A stretch of 64,000 bases of DNA from contig DAOI01000008.1 of NCBI GenBank assembly GCA_002501805.1, positions 31,420 to 95,419 of the forward strand, read 5' to 3'. Below, in pieces: positions 46,707-57,662 of the stretch. The notes below the pieces were generated by a model, which saw nothing but the letters and a program-made list of their open reading frames with translations, was not told the DNA's origin and ran no database searches. The position numbers and the translations under genes are program-made. Position 1 is the stretch's first letter; every line of letters begins with the position of its first letter. The DNA comes from Euryarchaeota archaeon UBA463 (GTDB taxonomy: Archaea; Thermoplasmatota; Poseidoniia; Poseidoniales; Thalassarchaeaceae).

Positions 46707-46913
46707 TCAATTCTCTCGAGGAACGCTGAACGGGGCGACCTCATCTATGAGTTCGACGTGTGAGAGGAACATCCTCCTGCAACAGTATCTCTCGAGACCT
46801 GCGTCATCCATAGCCTTCTGAGGGTCTTCACCCGATTCGACTGCCTTTTTGTAATCTGCATATGCGTGGGCAATAACCTTCCCACAGCTCCAACATCTGA
46901 CTGGAATAATCAC
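46707..46913 (-). CDS. rpoN: DNA-directed RNA polymerase subunit N (Rpo10)
   Basis: [21 protein letters not shown] start inferred. Confidence 0.97.
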   Translation of the reverse strand: MIIPVRCWSCGKVIAHAYADYKKAVESGEDPQKAMDDAGLERYCCRRMFLSHVELIDEVAPFSVPREN

Positions 46914-46922
46914 TCTTTTCAC

Positions 46923-47363
46923 CTACCTGTAAGACTTCTGCCACTTCTTCCTAGCACCGCGTCCCATTTGGTGCTTGGGTTCCTTACGCCTTGGATCGTT
47001 CACTAGAAGGCTTCTATCGAACCTTAGGTATTCATCTCTAAGTTCCTCGTCATCTCCCTCTGCTCCACCGTTCCATTTTACCAGTCCGCGGGCTATTGCA
47101 GTACGAATGGCATCCACTTGGCCCATTTGCCCTCCGCCTACTACATCGACATATACATCGACGTCTCCTAGTCTGTTCATTGCCTCTGCAATCTGAACGG
47201 GCTCGAGTGCCTTTCTCTGTGCTAGACTAGGGCCCATGATGTGAATAGGCTCGCCATTGACTCTGACTCTGCCCTGTCCCTTTCTGACGGTCGCTCTGGC
47301 AACGGCAGTCTTCCTCTTTCCACTGGTGTTGACTGAAATTTTCTTGCTCTTCTTCCTAGCCAT
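46923..47363 (-). CDS. rps9: 30S ribosomal protein S9 (uS9)
   Basis: [28 protein letters not shown]. Confidence 0.97.
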   Translation of the reverse strand: MARKKSKKISVNTSGKRKTAVARATVRKGQGRVRVNGEPIHIMGPSLAQRKALEPVQIAEAMNRLGDVDVYVDVVGGGQMGQVDAIRTAIARGLVKWNGGAEGDDEELRDEYLRFDRSLLVNDPRRKEPKHQMGRGARKKWQKSYR

Positions 47364-47364
47364 A

Positions 47365-47850
47365 CTATTCAGCACTCCATCTTGTTGAGTCTATTCCCAG
47401 GGCCTCGCTAATATCTCCGAGTCTAACGAACTTTAGCGGCAGAGGCTTGTCTATAGTTGATGTGTCTCCCCACTGGTGCCCATCGGGCAAATCCTCCCCA
47501 CTTAGGTTGGAAGGGGTACCGATCATTACTCTGAGATCTCTCAAAGAGTTCCTTCCACTGCTATTCTTCTGGTACGGTAGCATTCCTCTGACGGTTCTCT
47601 TGAAAATCTGGTCTGGCATTCTTGGATAGAAAGGCCCCTTACGAGCGTGATTAAGCTCATACTTCGCCCTGTACTTTCCGAAGACCCTCTTCTTGGGCCC
47701 GGAGACTATTGCATTCTCTGCGTTTACGATGATTACCCTCTGCTGCTTTCCACTCTTTCTGGCGGTTAGCATCTGAGAAGCGACGTGACTGGCGAGTCTT
47801 CCAAGGATTTTATCGCTAGCATCGTAGACTAGTGTGTGTTGTTCATCCAA
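47365..47850 (-). CDS. rpl13: 50S ribosomal protein L13 (uL13)
   Basis: [24 protein letters not shown]. Confidence 0.96.
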   Translation of the reverse strand: MDEQHTLVYDASDKILGRLASHVASQMLTARKSGKQQRVIIVNAENAIVSGPKKRVFGKYRAKYELNHARKGPFYPRMPDQIFKRTVRGMLPYQKNSSGRNSLRDLRVMIGTPSNLSGEDLPDGHQWGDTSTIDKPLPLKFVRLGDISEALGIDSTRWSAE

Positions 47851-48208
47851 GGATCCTCACCCCCTTTCCTTCGGGGTTTTCCTTCATCAGTTCCCTGATA
47901 GTAAGGACGCGTCCTCCTGCGCCTTCAATCTTGGTCCTAGCTCCGGAGCTGACACTGTAGGCGGCGACGCTGGGCTTTCCCTCTACCTCTCCACTTCCAA
48001 GTAGCTTTCCAGGAACAAGGACCATGTCCTCGGTGGAAGCATGCCTTGACAGGCGGCTCAGGTTTGGTTCTGCCCAATTGCTACGACTCGCTTCGAGTCG
48101 TAGCGCCACGTCTCGCCATAGTGCCGAACCGGTGGACCTGCTCTGCTCCTTCAAATCGCCAATTAGGGCGATAAGGGATTGGTTGGTCTTTCTGTTCTTC
48201 TTACTCAT
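47843..48208 (-). CDS. rpl18e: 50S ribosomal protein L18e
   Basis: KTN, NLSRL, VPGKLLGSG, KIEGAGG. Confidence 0.95.
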   Translation of the reverse strand: MSKKNRKTNQSLIALIGDLKEQSRSTGSALWRDVALRLEASRSNWAEPNLSRLSRHASTEDMVLVPGKLLGSGEVEGKPSVAAYSVSSGARTKIEGAGGRVLTIRELMKENPEGKGVRILG

Positions 48209-48316
48209 ATGACTCCCTCGACGTTACTTGGGTAGGCGGGCCACCTGAGGCCTTGTTATGAATGCTACGGGCTCTATGAGAGGGGCTATTTCCCACTCAA
48301 AGAGCCTCTTTCGCAA

Positions 48317-51300
48317 TCAAATCTTGAATCCTGAGTCAGGATCGTCCTCGTCTACCCCTGCTAGCCTCACTTGTCCTTCTGAGTCGACGAATTCCCCTGC
48401 ACGTGTAACGGATCCGTACATTGACGACTCGTTGTCTGAGGTTCTCATCAGTACGCTATCTCCTAGGGAGACTGTCATGTGATTGATTATTGACTGTAAT
48501 GTCGATATTGCACGGTCTCTCTGTTCAGCACCGATTTCGTGATTGGAGTATCTGGCTTCCTCGAATAAGGCGAAGAACTCGTCGAGATCTTCCGGAGGGG
48601 CTATTCCTCCGAGCATGGAGTTAAGTGCGTCCTCGAACTCTCTAGTAGTCTCATACACCTTCTTCATTGCCCCTCTCTTCCTGAAGAACCTAACTAGATC
48701 CTTGTAGCAGTTGAATATGGTCTGAATGAAGTCATTCGATGCCTTCAGAGACATCAAGGAATCGGTTAGAATACCTCGAATAATCTCTATTCTTCTGCGC
48801 TCTGCATAGTTCCTGTACATTATTGCCCCGATTAGTAATGCGAACGAGAGTGCAATGAGTAGTACTACTGTGACCTGCGCTGTGAAGAAGCTCGTTTGAC
48901 CCTCTGGCTGTGTCGTATCCAAACGAATCAGGGGTGTGTTTTCCAAATCCTCTCCTTGGTAGAAAGAGGATTCTTGGAAGTGAACGGTAACCTGCCATTT
49001 ACCGTCTACGGCACACGGCCATGGATTCCCGAAAGTATCCATTTGACCACATTCACCAGCGAATGGTACATCTTCTCCTAGGTATGTGAAGTTGAACTCT
49101 GCCTCACCCTGCTCGTTTGTAACGTCGTACTGAGGAGGGATATTGACCCATCCAGTGCCATTCCAGTATTGTATCTTGAAGATCACAGTTTCTCCGGCGA
49201 CTGCAACATCGAGTCTGTCCCTCAGGATGGCTACCGAGCCTGTGATATCATCTCCGGGCTTGTATCCGACCGGATCGGACCAGTGGTTCTTCAGAAGGAT
49301 ATCCACTCTACTCCTTACGAGGACCTCCATATCCATGAATGAGCTGTTGACTACCGGAGTAGTCTCCGCTCTACATCCGCCTGGAAGCTCCCTGTCAGGC
49401 TCATATGCAACTCTCAATGTCCGGAAGCCCTCCAGAGATTCTCCGTCTGGCTCTATCCCTCTTCTACTCGGGTTATCGTCGGGATCTCCTGAGAACCACT
49501 TAACCCAACCTGTTCCATCTTCTGTGATCATGGTCCCGATAGGCCGTGTATTGGTCTCTGGGTTGATGTAAATATTCAGACACTTTCCTCCTATTGGGTT
49601 GCCATTGACCTGTGTCAAGAGAGCCTCTACGTGGAATGACTCTTTCAAGTACACAACAGGGAACTCTGAGCCATTTTGGAATGTGTATGTATCTACATCG
49701 GACCTGAACGGACCAACTTCCATAATCTGCATTGTCGAGTTGGAGAATACGGGGAAAATTCTTGTCGACGAAGAGTTACTGTATCGGTATCTATCGTTGT
49801 TCTCGTATGAGTTGAATTGAATATTGACTCTTGCTTGACCGGCAGTCACTCCAGATAACGGACAAACAATTTCGAAGAAACCGTTAGCATCGGTGGTTCC
49901 GGGAATACATGAGATAACGCCCAGAGAAGCATCTACCATCTCATAGGTAATCCTGATTGCTCTGTTAGAGAGGTTCGAGCCCAGTTCATCAGTTAGCTGA
50001 CCTGTAACGATCATCGGCTTTTCTATGGCCTGGCCGGTGGTGGGGTCAATTTCAGAAGTGTATACTATCTGATCATCAACTGATAGCTGGGTCCTACCTA
50101 TCAGGCTAAACCCATCTACTTGGAACTGCATTACCTTCCGGTAGTGATCGCTATTGACGACTAACGCACAGGGGTCCCAAGCCCCGGACGTTTCCAGAGC
50201 GTCAGCATCCAGAGGTTCACAACCCTCATGTGGAAGGTTTTCAGCGAATCTGAGTATCACATTGACGGGTCCAAAACCATCGGGAAGGAATGAGTTGGGG
50301 TCGTCCTTGAGGAGCTGGGGGTTCAGTAGTAGGTTATGGTAAATCGAGCCTGCGTTCGGACAAAGGGTCTCGATGATCTGCCGATGAGTTCTGTCTTCAA
50401 AATCAGTACCTTCCATTATCAGCAGTACCTCTCCACCGTTCTCAAAGCATCCGTCCAGTGCCTCGCCGAGGTCTTTCTCCACCGCGGTTCTGTTATCATC
50501 TGTTACTTGCCCTGAGAATTCCCATATATCTCCCGCCTGGAGTAAATTTGGAGTGGTACTTTGTACGCTCAGATATGTTCTGGAGACAACCCATAAGCTA
50601 GTGTCGGAGGAACTCCCTTGTCTGAATGGATCGCCGGGGTATGTCACTCCCAGAGTGAAGTTACCTAGCTCATGGAACTCGTCAATAGTTAGGTTGACCT
50701 TGAGTACTCCGTTGTTGTCAGTGATAGCGACACCTGCAGAGTTGTCAGCTGACCATGTGTAGTTAACTGGGGCGTCTCTCACTGGTTGGAACGCGTTGTC
50801 TATGAGTCGAGCTTCAAGAGTTACGTTCTGACCACGATATAGTCGGGGTATGGAGCTGAACTGGAAGTCGGTTGTACCGATAACTGATACGTTCACATAT
50901 GCACCGGTTGGAGCAAGAACGGATGTCTGATTTCCTGTGAAGTAGTAGTTTGAATTGGTAAAGTCGGCCCTTATTCCGAAAACACCTGCAGAGTATTGGG
51001 AATACCAGGTCCAGTTGTAATCGAACTGTGCAACACCATCGATCATACTGGGGACCCTGGCGAAGCCCGTCTCAGTTGAGCCAGCAAATACGCCGTTTCC
51101 ATCAACATCTACCTGTAGTGCCATTGGGTCATGGGGCCATGGGACCATCGTACGGTTCCATACAGATCCAACTACCCTTAGAGACTCGCCGGTAAACATC
51201 TCTGGGACTATTTCACATCTGACGTCACTATCTGGGTCTAGTGGATCGACCGGACCACAGGGGGGCACGTTGAAATCCCCTCCGTTCTGCATGGCTATGA

Positions 51301-54300
51301 ACCAATGAGTTCCATTGGAAGAAAGGAATGGCCTCAATCTAGAAGCCTCTCCTGCGAGAGACTGTGGGTTTCCGTCCCATAGTATCGGGTAGGGCTTACC
51401 TAGGCTTACGTCTTGGTAGTCCAGATTAGCGTTCGCCAATGATGGCGAGTGGAATAGCGCCCTCCATGCTCCGAATGTGGAGCCGGTAAATTGGGTAGCG
51501 TCCCAGAAATACACTGGGCGTATTGAAGGAGTTATTATGTCTGCCTCAACATACATTCTGTGCATAGACCTGATGTTGAAAGAGTCGGACTCATCCCCTT
51601 CGAGATAAGGCCATGGAAGCTCAGAGCCGAGATCTGGTCTAGAGTACGCAGTAAAGGTATAGTCGCCTATTGGCAGGCTGGTCGAAGTGTAGTTGTACCT
51701 ACCGATAACATTGTGCGTTTTTGAGAAATCGTCCCATACTATCTCCTCATATCCTCCGGGAATAGCACCGGGACCGTTATCCATTGTGGAGTTCCATTGA
51801 ACCTGCTTCCAGATTCCTTGGCTGCCGGATTCTTGAACGAATGTGAGAGAAATCCATCCTCCCTCGTCGGCCCTGTATCCATAACCATATCCATCGAAAA
51901 CAGTGGGGTTGGTCGTATTACCAAATGGTCCACCTGAAACATTGAATGACACCGGAGCGTACGATAGCCTATTGTCGAAGATACCCCTATCCCAGTCTGC
52001 CGCGTAGTGAACCTTGTAGTCAACGAAGAGGGGTTGCTCGTCACTTCTGAAGTACGTCCATGCTACATAGTCAACAGTGGTGTTTGCTCTGACTTCTACC
52101 GGTACGGGCTCTGTGGTGGCCCCATCATGGACGAACATCTCTGTAACTTCGGCATATATGTTGTAAGTAGAAGATGGCCCGACTTCTAGGTCCTCGGGGA
52201 ATAGATATTGGCCCACCTCGAACTCTCCGTTTTCATCGGTTAGCACATCAATGGTCTCTAGAGCTAGAGTACCATTTGAGGCCCACTCGATTATTACTTG
52301 AACTGGTACGTTTGGAGCTCTAGTGAAGACTCCCTGCTCGGGGTCCAGCCAATCTACGCTACCATTGAACTTGGCAGGGAAGAACGCATCGAGCCACAGA
52401 ACTTGCTCCGTGGAGAGTGTGATTCTAGTTGGTATCTTATCATCCTCATCGGGTATTCCATCGTTATCCTGATCCCAGTCGGACGAGCCGTTCCAGTCTT
52501 CTTCCAGGTGATCCCAGTCAACGTCTGTTCTATTGTCCGCATCGTCATCATTATCGATAGCATCTGGTCCTGTGCTGGGATCTGTTGGGTTAGCAATTCC
52601 TGAACCGTTACCAAAGTCATCATGATCCCATGGATTGGTGGACTCTGAGTCAAAACGGGTGGGCCAGAGCATGACTTCATCTTCATCCTTCATTCCATCG
52701 GCGTCATCATCATCGTCTATATCGTCCCTTAGGCCATCATTGTCGTGATCCCATGGAGTGATGAAAGGAGTGGCTCCGGACTGCTCAATCACATTGACGA
52801 TACCATCGCCATCCCAGTCGTTGTCTGCCCAGTTTGGTATACCATCGTTATCATGATCCCATGGACTCTGCTCCTCACCTGTGAAGCAACCCGGGAGTGT
52901 TTCTTGAACTGCATCTGAAACTCCGTTGTTATCGTCGTCTGGATCCTCTCCGTCTGGGATACCATCATTGTCGTTGTCTACATCGTAATATCGGGGGGAG
53001 AGCAGTCCCTGGCCAAGTAATCCCTTGTCCCAAACGGCCTGATACCACCCGTCATCATCAGGGTCGGTGTCTGTACCATCATCGTCCCCATCCTCACAGT
53101 TGGTTCCTGTGAAGAAAGAGCCCGGTGGTTCAGTGTTAGCATCGTCATCTAGGTCGTCGTTGGAGTCTATATCGAGGAAGTCCCATACTCCGTCATTGTC
53201 GTCGTCTATGTCCCAGTGATCGTACACCCCGTCAAAGTCGTCATCTAGATCTGCGGTATCATTGAACATACATTGGGGTTCCATATTCCCAGCTACAGGA
53301 GCACCACAATCGTCATCGGGATCCACATCGTTATTCAGGAGGTCAGCTACCTCGTCAGGGAACATATTAGCATTGGAATCGGCCCCCCACTGGAATAGGC
53401 CTCGGTTTACCCCAACGAAAGCAATCCACAAATCTCTGTTGTCCTTGATGTCAACATAGGAAACAGCTGAGCTTGGGCCTACGTCTTGGTTACCATTGAA
53501 ATCAAACCAGAAGCAATTTTTGTTACATGTCCATTGACCATTGGAGTTACTACCGTTGTAGGATCCTTGATCCCATTGGGGGTCGGGCCGAGTGGAGTAT
53601 GGCAATGTGTAGATTCCAAATCCTTGTCCTGTCTCCTCGAGAATGGGCCATCCGTACAGCCAGGCCAGTTCCACACCACATGCTATTGGTTGGAATCCAA
53701 TCTGGAAGTACATGTAGAACAGTGATAGATCGCATTCTCCATCATTCAGAGACCCTCCAAAAGACGGATCATTAACGTCTAGTCTGCCGTCTGATCCTTC
53801 GTCTTGATCCCACCAATCTGGCATTCCGTCAGCATCCATATCGACATCGATTCCATTAATCAGGGAGTCTCCGTCCATATCGATATCGAAGTAATTGTTG
53901 CCATTCCATGGACTCCACTTCATCATGACGTGCCAGTACATCTCAGGCACTACTCCATTAGAGTCCATTGTAGTGACTCCTGTGGCAGGGTCTGTTGATT
54001 CCTGATACCCATTGTATGGGAGGATGAAATCGTGATTTTCAGCGAAGAAAGGGCTGAAATGCCAGAACTGATCCCACCTCAGAGGCTGAAGGAACGTGTA
54101 TGTTGTGCTGTCGTCACTGCCGTCGATTGTATCACCATCTTGATGCGAATATGAATTGTCGAACTGGTCGGTAGAGTCGCTATCAACCACTCCACAGTTG
54201 CCATCATCTGGATCATATAGATCTGATATTCCATCGTTGTCGTCATCCCAGTCAATGTCGTTGGAGAGGCCATCGCCATCGATATCTGTATCGATATCGT

Positions 54301-56338
54301 TAGCCCCATCGTCTCTAAACATCGAGCCATTGAGATTGTGGAGGTCTGCATCATCATCGAGGTCACAGTTCTCATCAATATCCAACCAGTCTAGTACCCC
54401 ATCGTTATCATCATCTACATCTTCCCAGTTATTGAAGCCGTCTCCGTCCCAATCGTTGTTTCCTGTGTAGGATTTTCTTTCTGTCGTACACCTAGGGTCG
54501 GGGTTGACTGGATTTGGATTTTCCAGACTTGGACAGTCCCAAGATGCAACCTGATCACTAGTGGCGTTCATGAAAGGATCTAGCTCATTTACAATCCCAT
54601 CATTATCCAAATCGTATGGTAGATCGTTCGGATCGTTTGCGGGATTACCAAGTAGGTTATCTGCCGGAACCGCTCCCCCTACATCTGTGTCCTTCCAATC
54701 CCAGACGAGATCGTAATCAGAGTCTATTGGTCTGTAAATATCGTCATCCAGATCCCTATCATAATCAAGTTCACAGTCAATGCCGGGAGTGCCTATTGGC
54801 TGGGAGTTGGGCAAATCTCCATTTCCATCAGAGTTAGTGTCGACCTGCATGCATGAGTCTGGAATTCCGTCATTGTCGTCATCGACATCCCACATATCGA
54901 GGAGTCCGTCGTTATCGTCGTCTGTGTCTGCAGAGTCTGGGGACCCATCATTGTCGTTGTCTGGATCGACGAAATTAGGGATTCCATCCCCATCTAAATC
55001 TCCATCTATGACCTGAGTGAATGTTTGACCCCTGGGGTGCCAAACTGTTCTTTCCTTGGTGACGAAGTTGAATTTATCGGTCCCATAAATATCCTCGTCC
55101 AAGTTGAATGCGTCTGGCAATGTCTGGCTTGTCTCCGCGCCGACTATGACTCTTCCTTCAAACTGAGTAGAGCCTGTCGATGGATCGGTGAAAGTCCAAG
55201 TTCCCTGGGACGAGAATGTGAATGAGAACGTGTCTCCTGTACTCATAGAGCCACTATCGAAGGAGCCATCGTCAGCTGTGACATTGTGAGGCTCAGAGTC
55301 ATCGTTAGTCCAAACTACTGTATCGCCCTCCTCAATGGTCACTCTATCAGGAGTCAATCCATTCTCTCCGATTGATATCGATACTGTCTCGGTTGCTCCC
55401 CATTCTGTTGCAGTGTCCCACTCTGGTGCAGTAGTAGTGATGTTTGTGGTAATCGAAGAATCCCAAGGATGGGAGTCCCAGATATCCTCGATGCCATCGT
55501 CATCGTCATCGGAGTCGAAGTAGTCCTGAGTTCCGTCCGAATCGAAATCACACGGCCAGACGAATTGGTCTATCCTACCATCGTTGTCATCGTCCTCGTC
55601 GAAGGAATCTGGCCCAGAGCCGTCTGTATCGTCGTCGGTGATTCCATCGTTGTCGTGATCCAAGGGGTTCTGATCAACTCTGTAGCCTACTCCTACAGGG
55701 GTTCCAGTCCAAGGATGTACTGTTGTTGGTTCCACATATCTGTCCATGGAGACATTTCTTGGGTCTGCCCCTTGACTGTAGTCAATGGGCCCCTCTAGAA
55801 TTCCATCGTTATCGTCGTCAAAGTCGAATTCGTCTAACTGTCCGTCATTATCGTGATCGAATGGATGGGTTCCAAAACAGCCATCGAACATCTCTATCAG
55901 GTCGTTTATCCCATCGTTATCGTCGTCCAGGTCGCTGAGATCCCCAATACCATCATTGTCGTGATCCTCAGCATCGGTCTCCTCTAGGAAAAAGGCATAT
56001 TCTGGTTGCATCATCAGAGCGGAAGGATCCGAAACCTTGCCGTAGTAGGACATCTGATCATGGAAAGAGGGGTCCGTGAATGCTGGATGATTGAAAAAGT
56101 GCTGCTGGACTCGCGTTGGCTGGGAGATGTCACTCGGTGGCCACTCTGCTTGACCGCTCTGTTGGAATGGCTCCCTATCTTGAGCATCGCTCGCTACTGA
56201 AGACTTCTCATCATATGTCTCAAAATCTTGGAAAGAGTACATTTGCGTACTGAAGAGCATTATGCCCACCAACATTACTGCAGTGAGTGCTTTTCGATAG
56301 TCTCCACTAAACTTTCCTAAAACTTTCCCAACAGACAT
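48317..56338 (-). CDS. Giant (~2673 aa) membrane-anchored surface protein: TSP3-like Ca-binding repeats, cupredoxin-like domain, beta-rich repeats, TM, DUF4129-like tail
   Basis: Many DxDNDGxxDxxD repeats; N-terminal hydrophobic segment after the ATG at 56338; TM then TTREF..FEEARYS. Confidence 0.85.
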   Translation of the reverse strand: MSVGKVLGKFSGDYRKALTAVMLVGIMLFSTQMYSFQDFETYDEKSSVASDAQDREPFQQSGQAEWPPSDISQPTRVQQHFFNHPAFTDPSFHDQMSYYGKVSDPSALMMQPEYAFFLEETDAEDHDNDGIGDLSDLDDDNDGINDLIEMFDGCFGTHPFDHDNDGQLDEFDFDDDNDGILEGPIDYSQGADPRNVSMDRYVEPTTVHPWTGTPVGVGYRVDQNPLDHDNDGITDDDTDGSGPDSFDEDDDNDGRIDQFVWPCDFDSDGTQDYFDSDDDDDGIEDIWDSHPWDSSITTNITTTAPEWDTATEWGATETVSISIGENGLTPDRVTIEEGDTVVWTNDDSEPHNVTADDGSFDSGSMSTGDTFSFTFSSQGTWTFTDPSTGSTQFEGRVIVGAETSQTLPDAFNLDEDIYGTDKFNFVTKERTVWHPRGQTFTQVIDGDLDGDGIPNFVDPDNDNDGSPDSADTDDDNDGLLDMWDVDDDNDGIPDSCMQVDTNSDGNGDLPNSQPIGTPGIDCELDYDRDLDDDIYRPIDSDYDLVWDWKDTDVGGAVPADNLLGNPANDPNDLPYDLDNDGIVNELDPFMNATSDQVASWDCPSLENPNPVNPDPRCTTERKSYTGNNDWDGDGFNNWEDVDDDNDGVLDWLDIDENCDLDDDADLHNLNGSMFRDDGANDIDTDIDGDGLSNDIDWDDDNDGISDLYDPDDGNCGVVDSDSTDQFDNSYSHQDGDTIDGSDDSTTYTFLQPLRWDQFWHFSPFFAENHDFILPYNGYQESTDPATGVTTMDSNGVVPEMYWHVMMKWSPWNGNNYFDIDMDGDSLINGIDVDMDADGMPDWWDQDEGSDGRLDVNDPSFGGSLNDGECDLSLFYMYFQIGFQPIACGVELAWLYGWPILEETGQGFGIYTLPYSTRPDPQWDQGSYNGSNSNGQWTCNKNCFWFDFNGNQDVGPSSAVSYVDIKDNRDLWIAFVGVNRGLFQWGADSNANMFPDEVADLLNNDVDPDDDCGAPVAGNMEPQCMFNDTADLDDDFDGVYDHWDIDDDNDGVWDFLDIDSNDDLDDDANTEPPGSFFTGTNCEDGDDDGTDTDPDDDGWYQAVWDKGLLGQGLLSPRYYDVDNDNDGIPDGEDPDDDNNGVSDAVQETLPGCFTGEEQSPWDHDNDGIPNWADNDWDGDGIVNVIEQSGATPFITPWDHDNDGLRDDIDDDDDADGMKDEDEVMLWPTRFDSESTNPWDHDDFGNGSGIANPTDPSTGPDAIDNDDDADNRTDVDWDHLEEDWNGSSDWDQDNDGIPDEDDKIPTRITLSTEQVLWLDAFFPAKFNGSVDWLDPEQGVFTRAPNVPVQVIIEWASNGTLALETIDVLTDENGEFEVGQYLFPEDLEVGPSSTYNIYAEVTEMFVHDGATTEPVPVEVRANTTVDYVAWTYFRSDEQPLFVDYKVHYAADWDRGIFDNRLSYAPVSFNVSGGPFGNTTNPTVFDGYGYGYRADEGGWISLTFVQESGSQGIWKQVQWNSTMDNGPGAIPGGYEEIVWDDFSKTHNVIGRYNYTSTSLPIGDYTFTAYSRPDLGSELPWPYLEGDESDSFNIRSMHRMYVEADIITPSIRPVYFWDATQFTGSTFGAWRALFHSPSLANANLDYQDVSLGKPYPILWDGNPQSLAGEASRLRPFLSSNGTHWFIAMQNGGDFNVPPCGPVDPLDPDSDVRCEIVPEMFTGESLRVVGSVWNRTMVPWPHDPMALQVDVDGNGVFAGSTETGFARVPSMIDGVAQFDYNWTWYSQYSAGVFGIRADFTNSNYYFTGNQTSVLAPTGAYVNVSVIGTTDFQFSSIPRLYRGQNVTLEARLIDNAFQPVRDAPVNYTWSADNSAGVAITDNNGVLKVNLTIDEFHELGNFTLGVTYPGDPFRQGSSSDTSLWVVSRTYLSVQSTTPNLLQAGDIWEFSGQVTDDNRTAVEKDLGEALDGCFENGGEVLLIMEGTDFEDRTHRQIIETLCPNAGSIYHNLLLNPQLLKDDPNSFLPDGFGPVNVILRFAENLPHEGCEPLDADALETSGAWDPCALVVNSDHYRKVMQFQVDGFSLIGRTQLSVDDQIVYTSEIDPTTGQAIEKPMIVTGQLTDELGSNLSNRAIRITYEMVDASLGVISCIPGTTDANGFFEIVCPLSGVTAGQARVNIQFNSYENNDRYRYSNSSSTRIFPVFSNSTMQIMEVGPFRSDVDTYTFQNGSEFPVVYLKESFHVEALLTQVNGNPIGGKCLNIYINPETNTRPIGTMITEDGTGWVKWFSGDPDDNPSRRGIEPDGESLEGFRTLRVAYEPDRELPGGCRAETTPVVNSSFMDMEVLVRSRVDILLKNHWSDPVGYKPGDDITGSVAILRDRLDVAVAGETVIFKIQYWNGTGWVNIPPQYDVTNEQGEAEFNFTYLGEDVPFAGECGQMDTFGNPWPCAVDGKWQVTVHFQESSFYQGEDLENTPLIRLDTTQPEGQTSFFTAQVTVVLLIALSFALLIGAIMYRNYAERRRIEIIRGILTDSLMSLKASNDFIQTIFNCYKDLVRFFRKRGAMKKVYETTREFEDALNSMLGGIAPPEDLDEFFALFEEARYSNHEIGAEQRDRAISTLQSIINHMTVSLGDSVLMRTSDNESSMYGSVTRAGEFVDSEGQVRLAGVDEDDPDSGFKI

Positions 56339-56476
56339 GCTAACACCAGTAACGTAGTTAGGAGCTGTTTGACTTATGAAGAGGTACCCCTGATTCTGAA
56401 ATAGAGTATCAATGAGGGCTTGGAGTATCAGTCGTGACAACCTTGGGTTGAAATCTACCGATGTCTTCGGAGCATC

Positions 56477-56839
56477 ATGACAAGTATGCGATGGATGCTT
56501 ACTTCGAAGATTCACAGAGCCACGGTGACTGCGGCCGATCTGGATTATGTTGGTTCGATAACCATTGACAGAGATCTGATGGAAGCCGCGGGCTTGGTCG
56601 AGTGGGAGGGGGTTCACGTTCTGGATATAACCAACGGGAATCGCTTGGAGACATATGTTATCGAGGGAGAGAGGGGGTCTGGGGAAATCTGCATTAATGG
56701 TGCCGCGGCTCATCTAGTTAGGCCTGGTGACTTAGTGATTATCTTAGCTTACTCGAGTATTGATGAGAGTCAGATTAACGGACACTCCCCGAGAGTGGTG
56801 CATGTAGACGGGAAAAATCGACTAACTCATACTCTGTGA
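56477..56839 (+). CDS. panD: Aspartate 1-decarboxylase proenzyme (pyruvoyl)
   Basis: [17 protein letters not shown] cleavage site, [14 protein letters not shown]. Confidence 0.96.
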   Translation: MTSMRWMLTSKIHRATVTAADLDYVGSITIDRDLMEAAGLVEWEGVHVLDITNGNRLETYVIEGERGSGEICINGAAAHLVRPGDLVIILAYSSIDESQINGHSPRVVHVDGKNRLTHTL

Positions 56840-57258
56840 TAGGATGATCCTTTATTTATCTCAGAGGCCCTGTACAGTTGCTCTAACAGAATGGCCGAAG
56901 CCATTTCATGGGTGAGAGTCATTCTTGATATCGAAATCGTCCTGTGTCTGGACTTGAATTCCTCACTGAACCCATCGACAGGACCGATGGCGAAGATTAG
57001 GTTCTCTCCAGAGATAGCTACGTCCGATAAAAGGCTCGCAATCTCTAAGCTAGTGAATTGATTGCCAGACTCGTCTAGGAGGATTAGTTTACCACTCCTG
57101 TTTTCTATCCTGTCTTGGTATTCCGAGGTGGATACCTTGTCCGAATGAATCTCAATGTCTATTCCAGATGAGGAAATCCTCTTTCCATAACTCTCTATCA
57201 GGTCCTTGGTACCAAGTCCCCTTGGTCGACCATGGAGATGTACGATGACACGTCCCAT
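56827..57258 (-). CDS. rlmH: 23S rRNA pseudouridine1915 N3-methyltransferase (SPOUT)
   Basis: [24 protein letters not shown]...[11 protein letters not shown]. Confidence 0.88.
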   Translation of the reverse strand: MGRVIVHLHGRPRGLGTKDLIESYGKRISSSGIDIEIHSDKVSTSEYQDRIENRSGKLILLDESGNQFTSLEIASLLSDVAISGENLIFAIGPVDGFSEEFKSRHRTISISRMTLTHEMASAILLEQLYRASEINKGSSYHRV

Positions 57259-57335
57259 GGTTTGATGGTACGTAAGGAAGACTTTGGACATTCGTAATGA
57301 TGAATAGAGGGGGCCCCTTGGTTGAACTGAGATTT

Positions 57336-57662
57336 ATGAGATGGTGGCCCTTTGGTAAGCGTGGTAGGGCTATAGTCGAGGATTCACCGCATGTAAAGGG
57401 GACCAGGATGTGGCTCCAGGAGCTCAGATCAGTCTGTGAGAGAAACTATCAGAGTCCTTCTGCGGGGCAGTCGCTAGTTAGAGAAATGCAAGTAGAGTGG
57501 ACTGATGCAAACCGAAGGGGGGACCTAGATGATATGCTATTGCAGGGACTAGATAGGAGGGCCTTCAGACTACTAAGAGCGAGTGCCGAAGAGTGGATTG
57601 ATTGGCTAGATAATGAAAAGTTCTGGGAGCCCGGATGGAAAGGCGGATTCGAAACGGAGTGA
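57336..57662 (+). CDS. Hypothetical Trp-rich protein
   Basis: Clean ORF whose TGA overlaps the next ATG. Confidence 0.65.
   Translation: MRWWPFGKRGRAIVEDSPHVKGTRMWLQELRSVCERNYQSPSAGQSLVREMQVEWTDANRRGDLDDMLLQGLDRRAFRLLRASAEEWIDWLDNEKFWEPGWKGGFETE

Noticed and set aside
52430..55985. DNA repeat array
   Set aside because: Recurring TCATCG/TCGTCG patterns are Asp codons of protein repeats and diverge at synonymous sites.
56460..56476. UUCG hairpin before panD as a regulatory RNA
   Set aside because: The stem is short and imperfect, with no further support.
56339..56713. N-terminal extension of the 2798-aa ORF
   Set aside because: It overlaps panD on the opposite strand; the signal-like segment follows the ATG at 56338.
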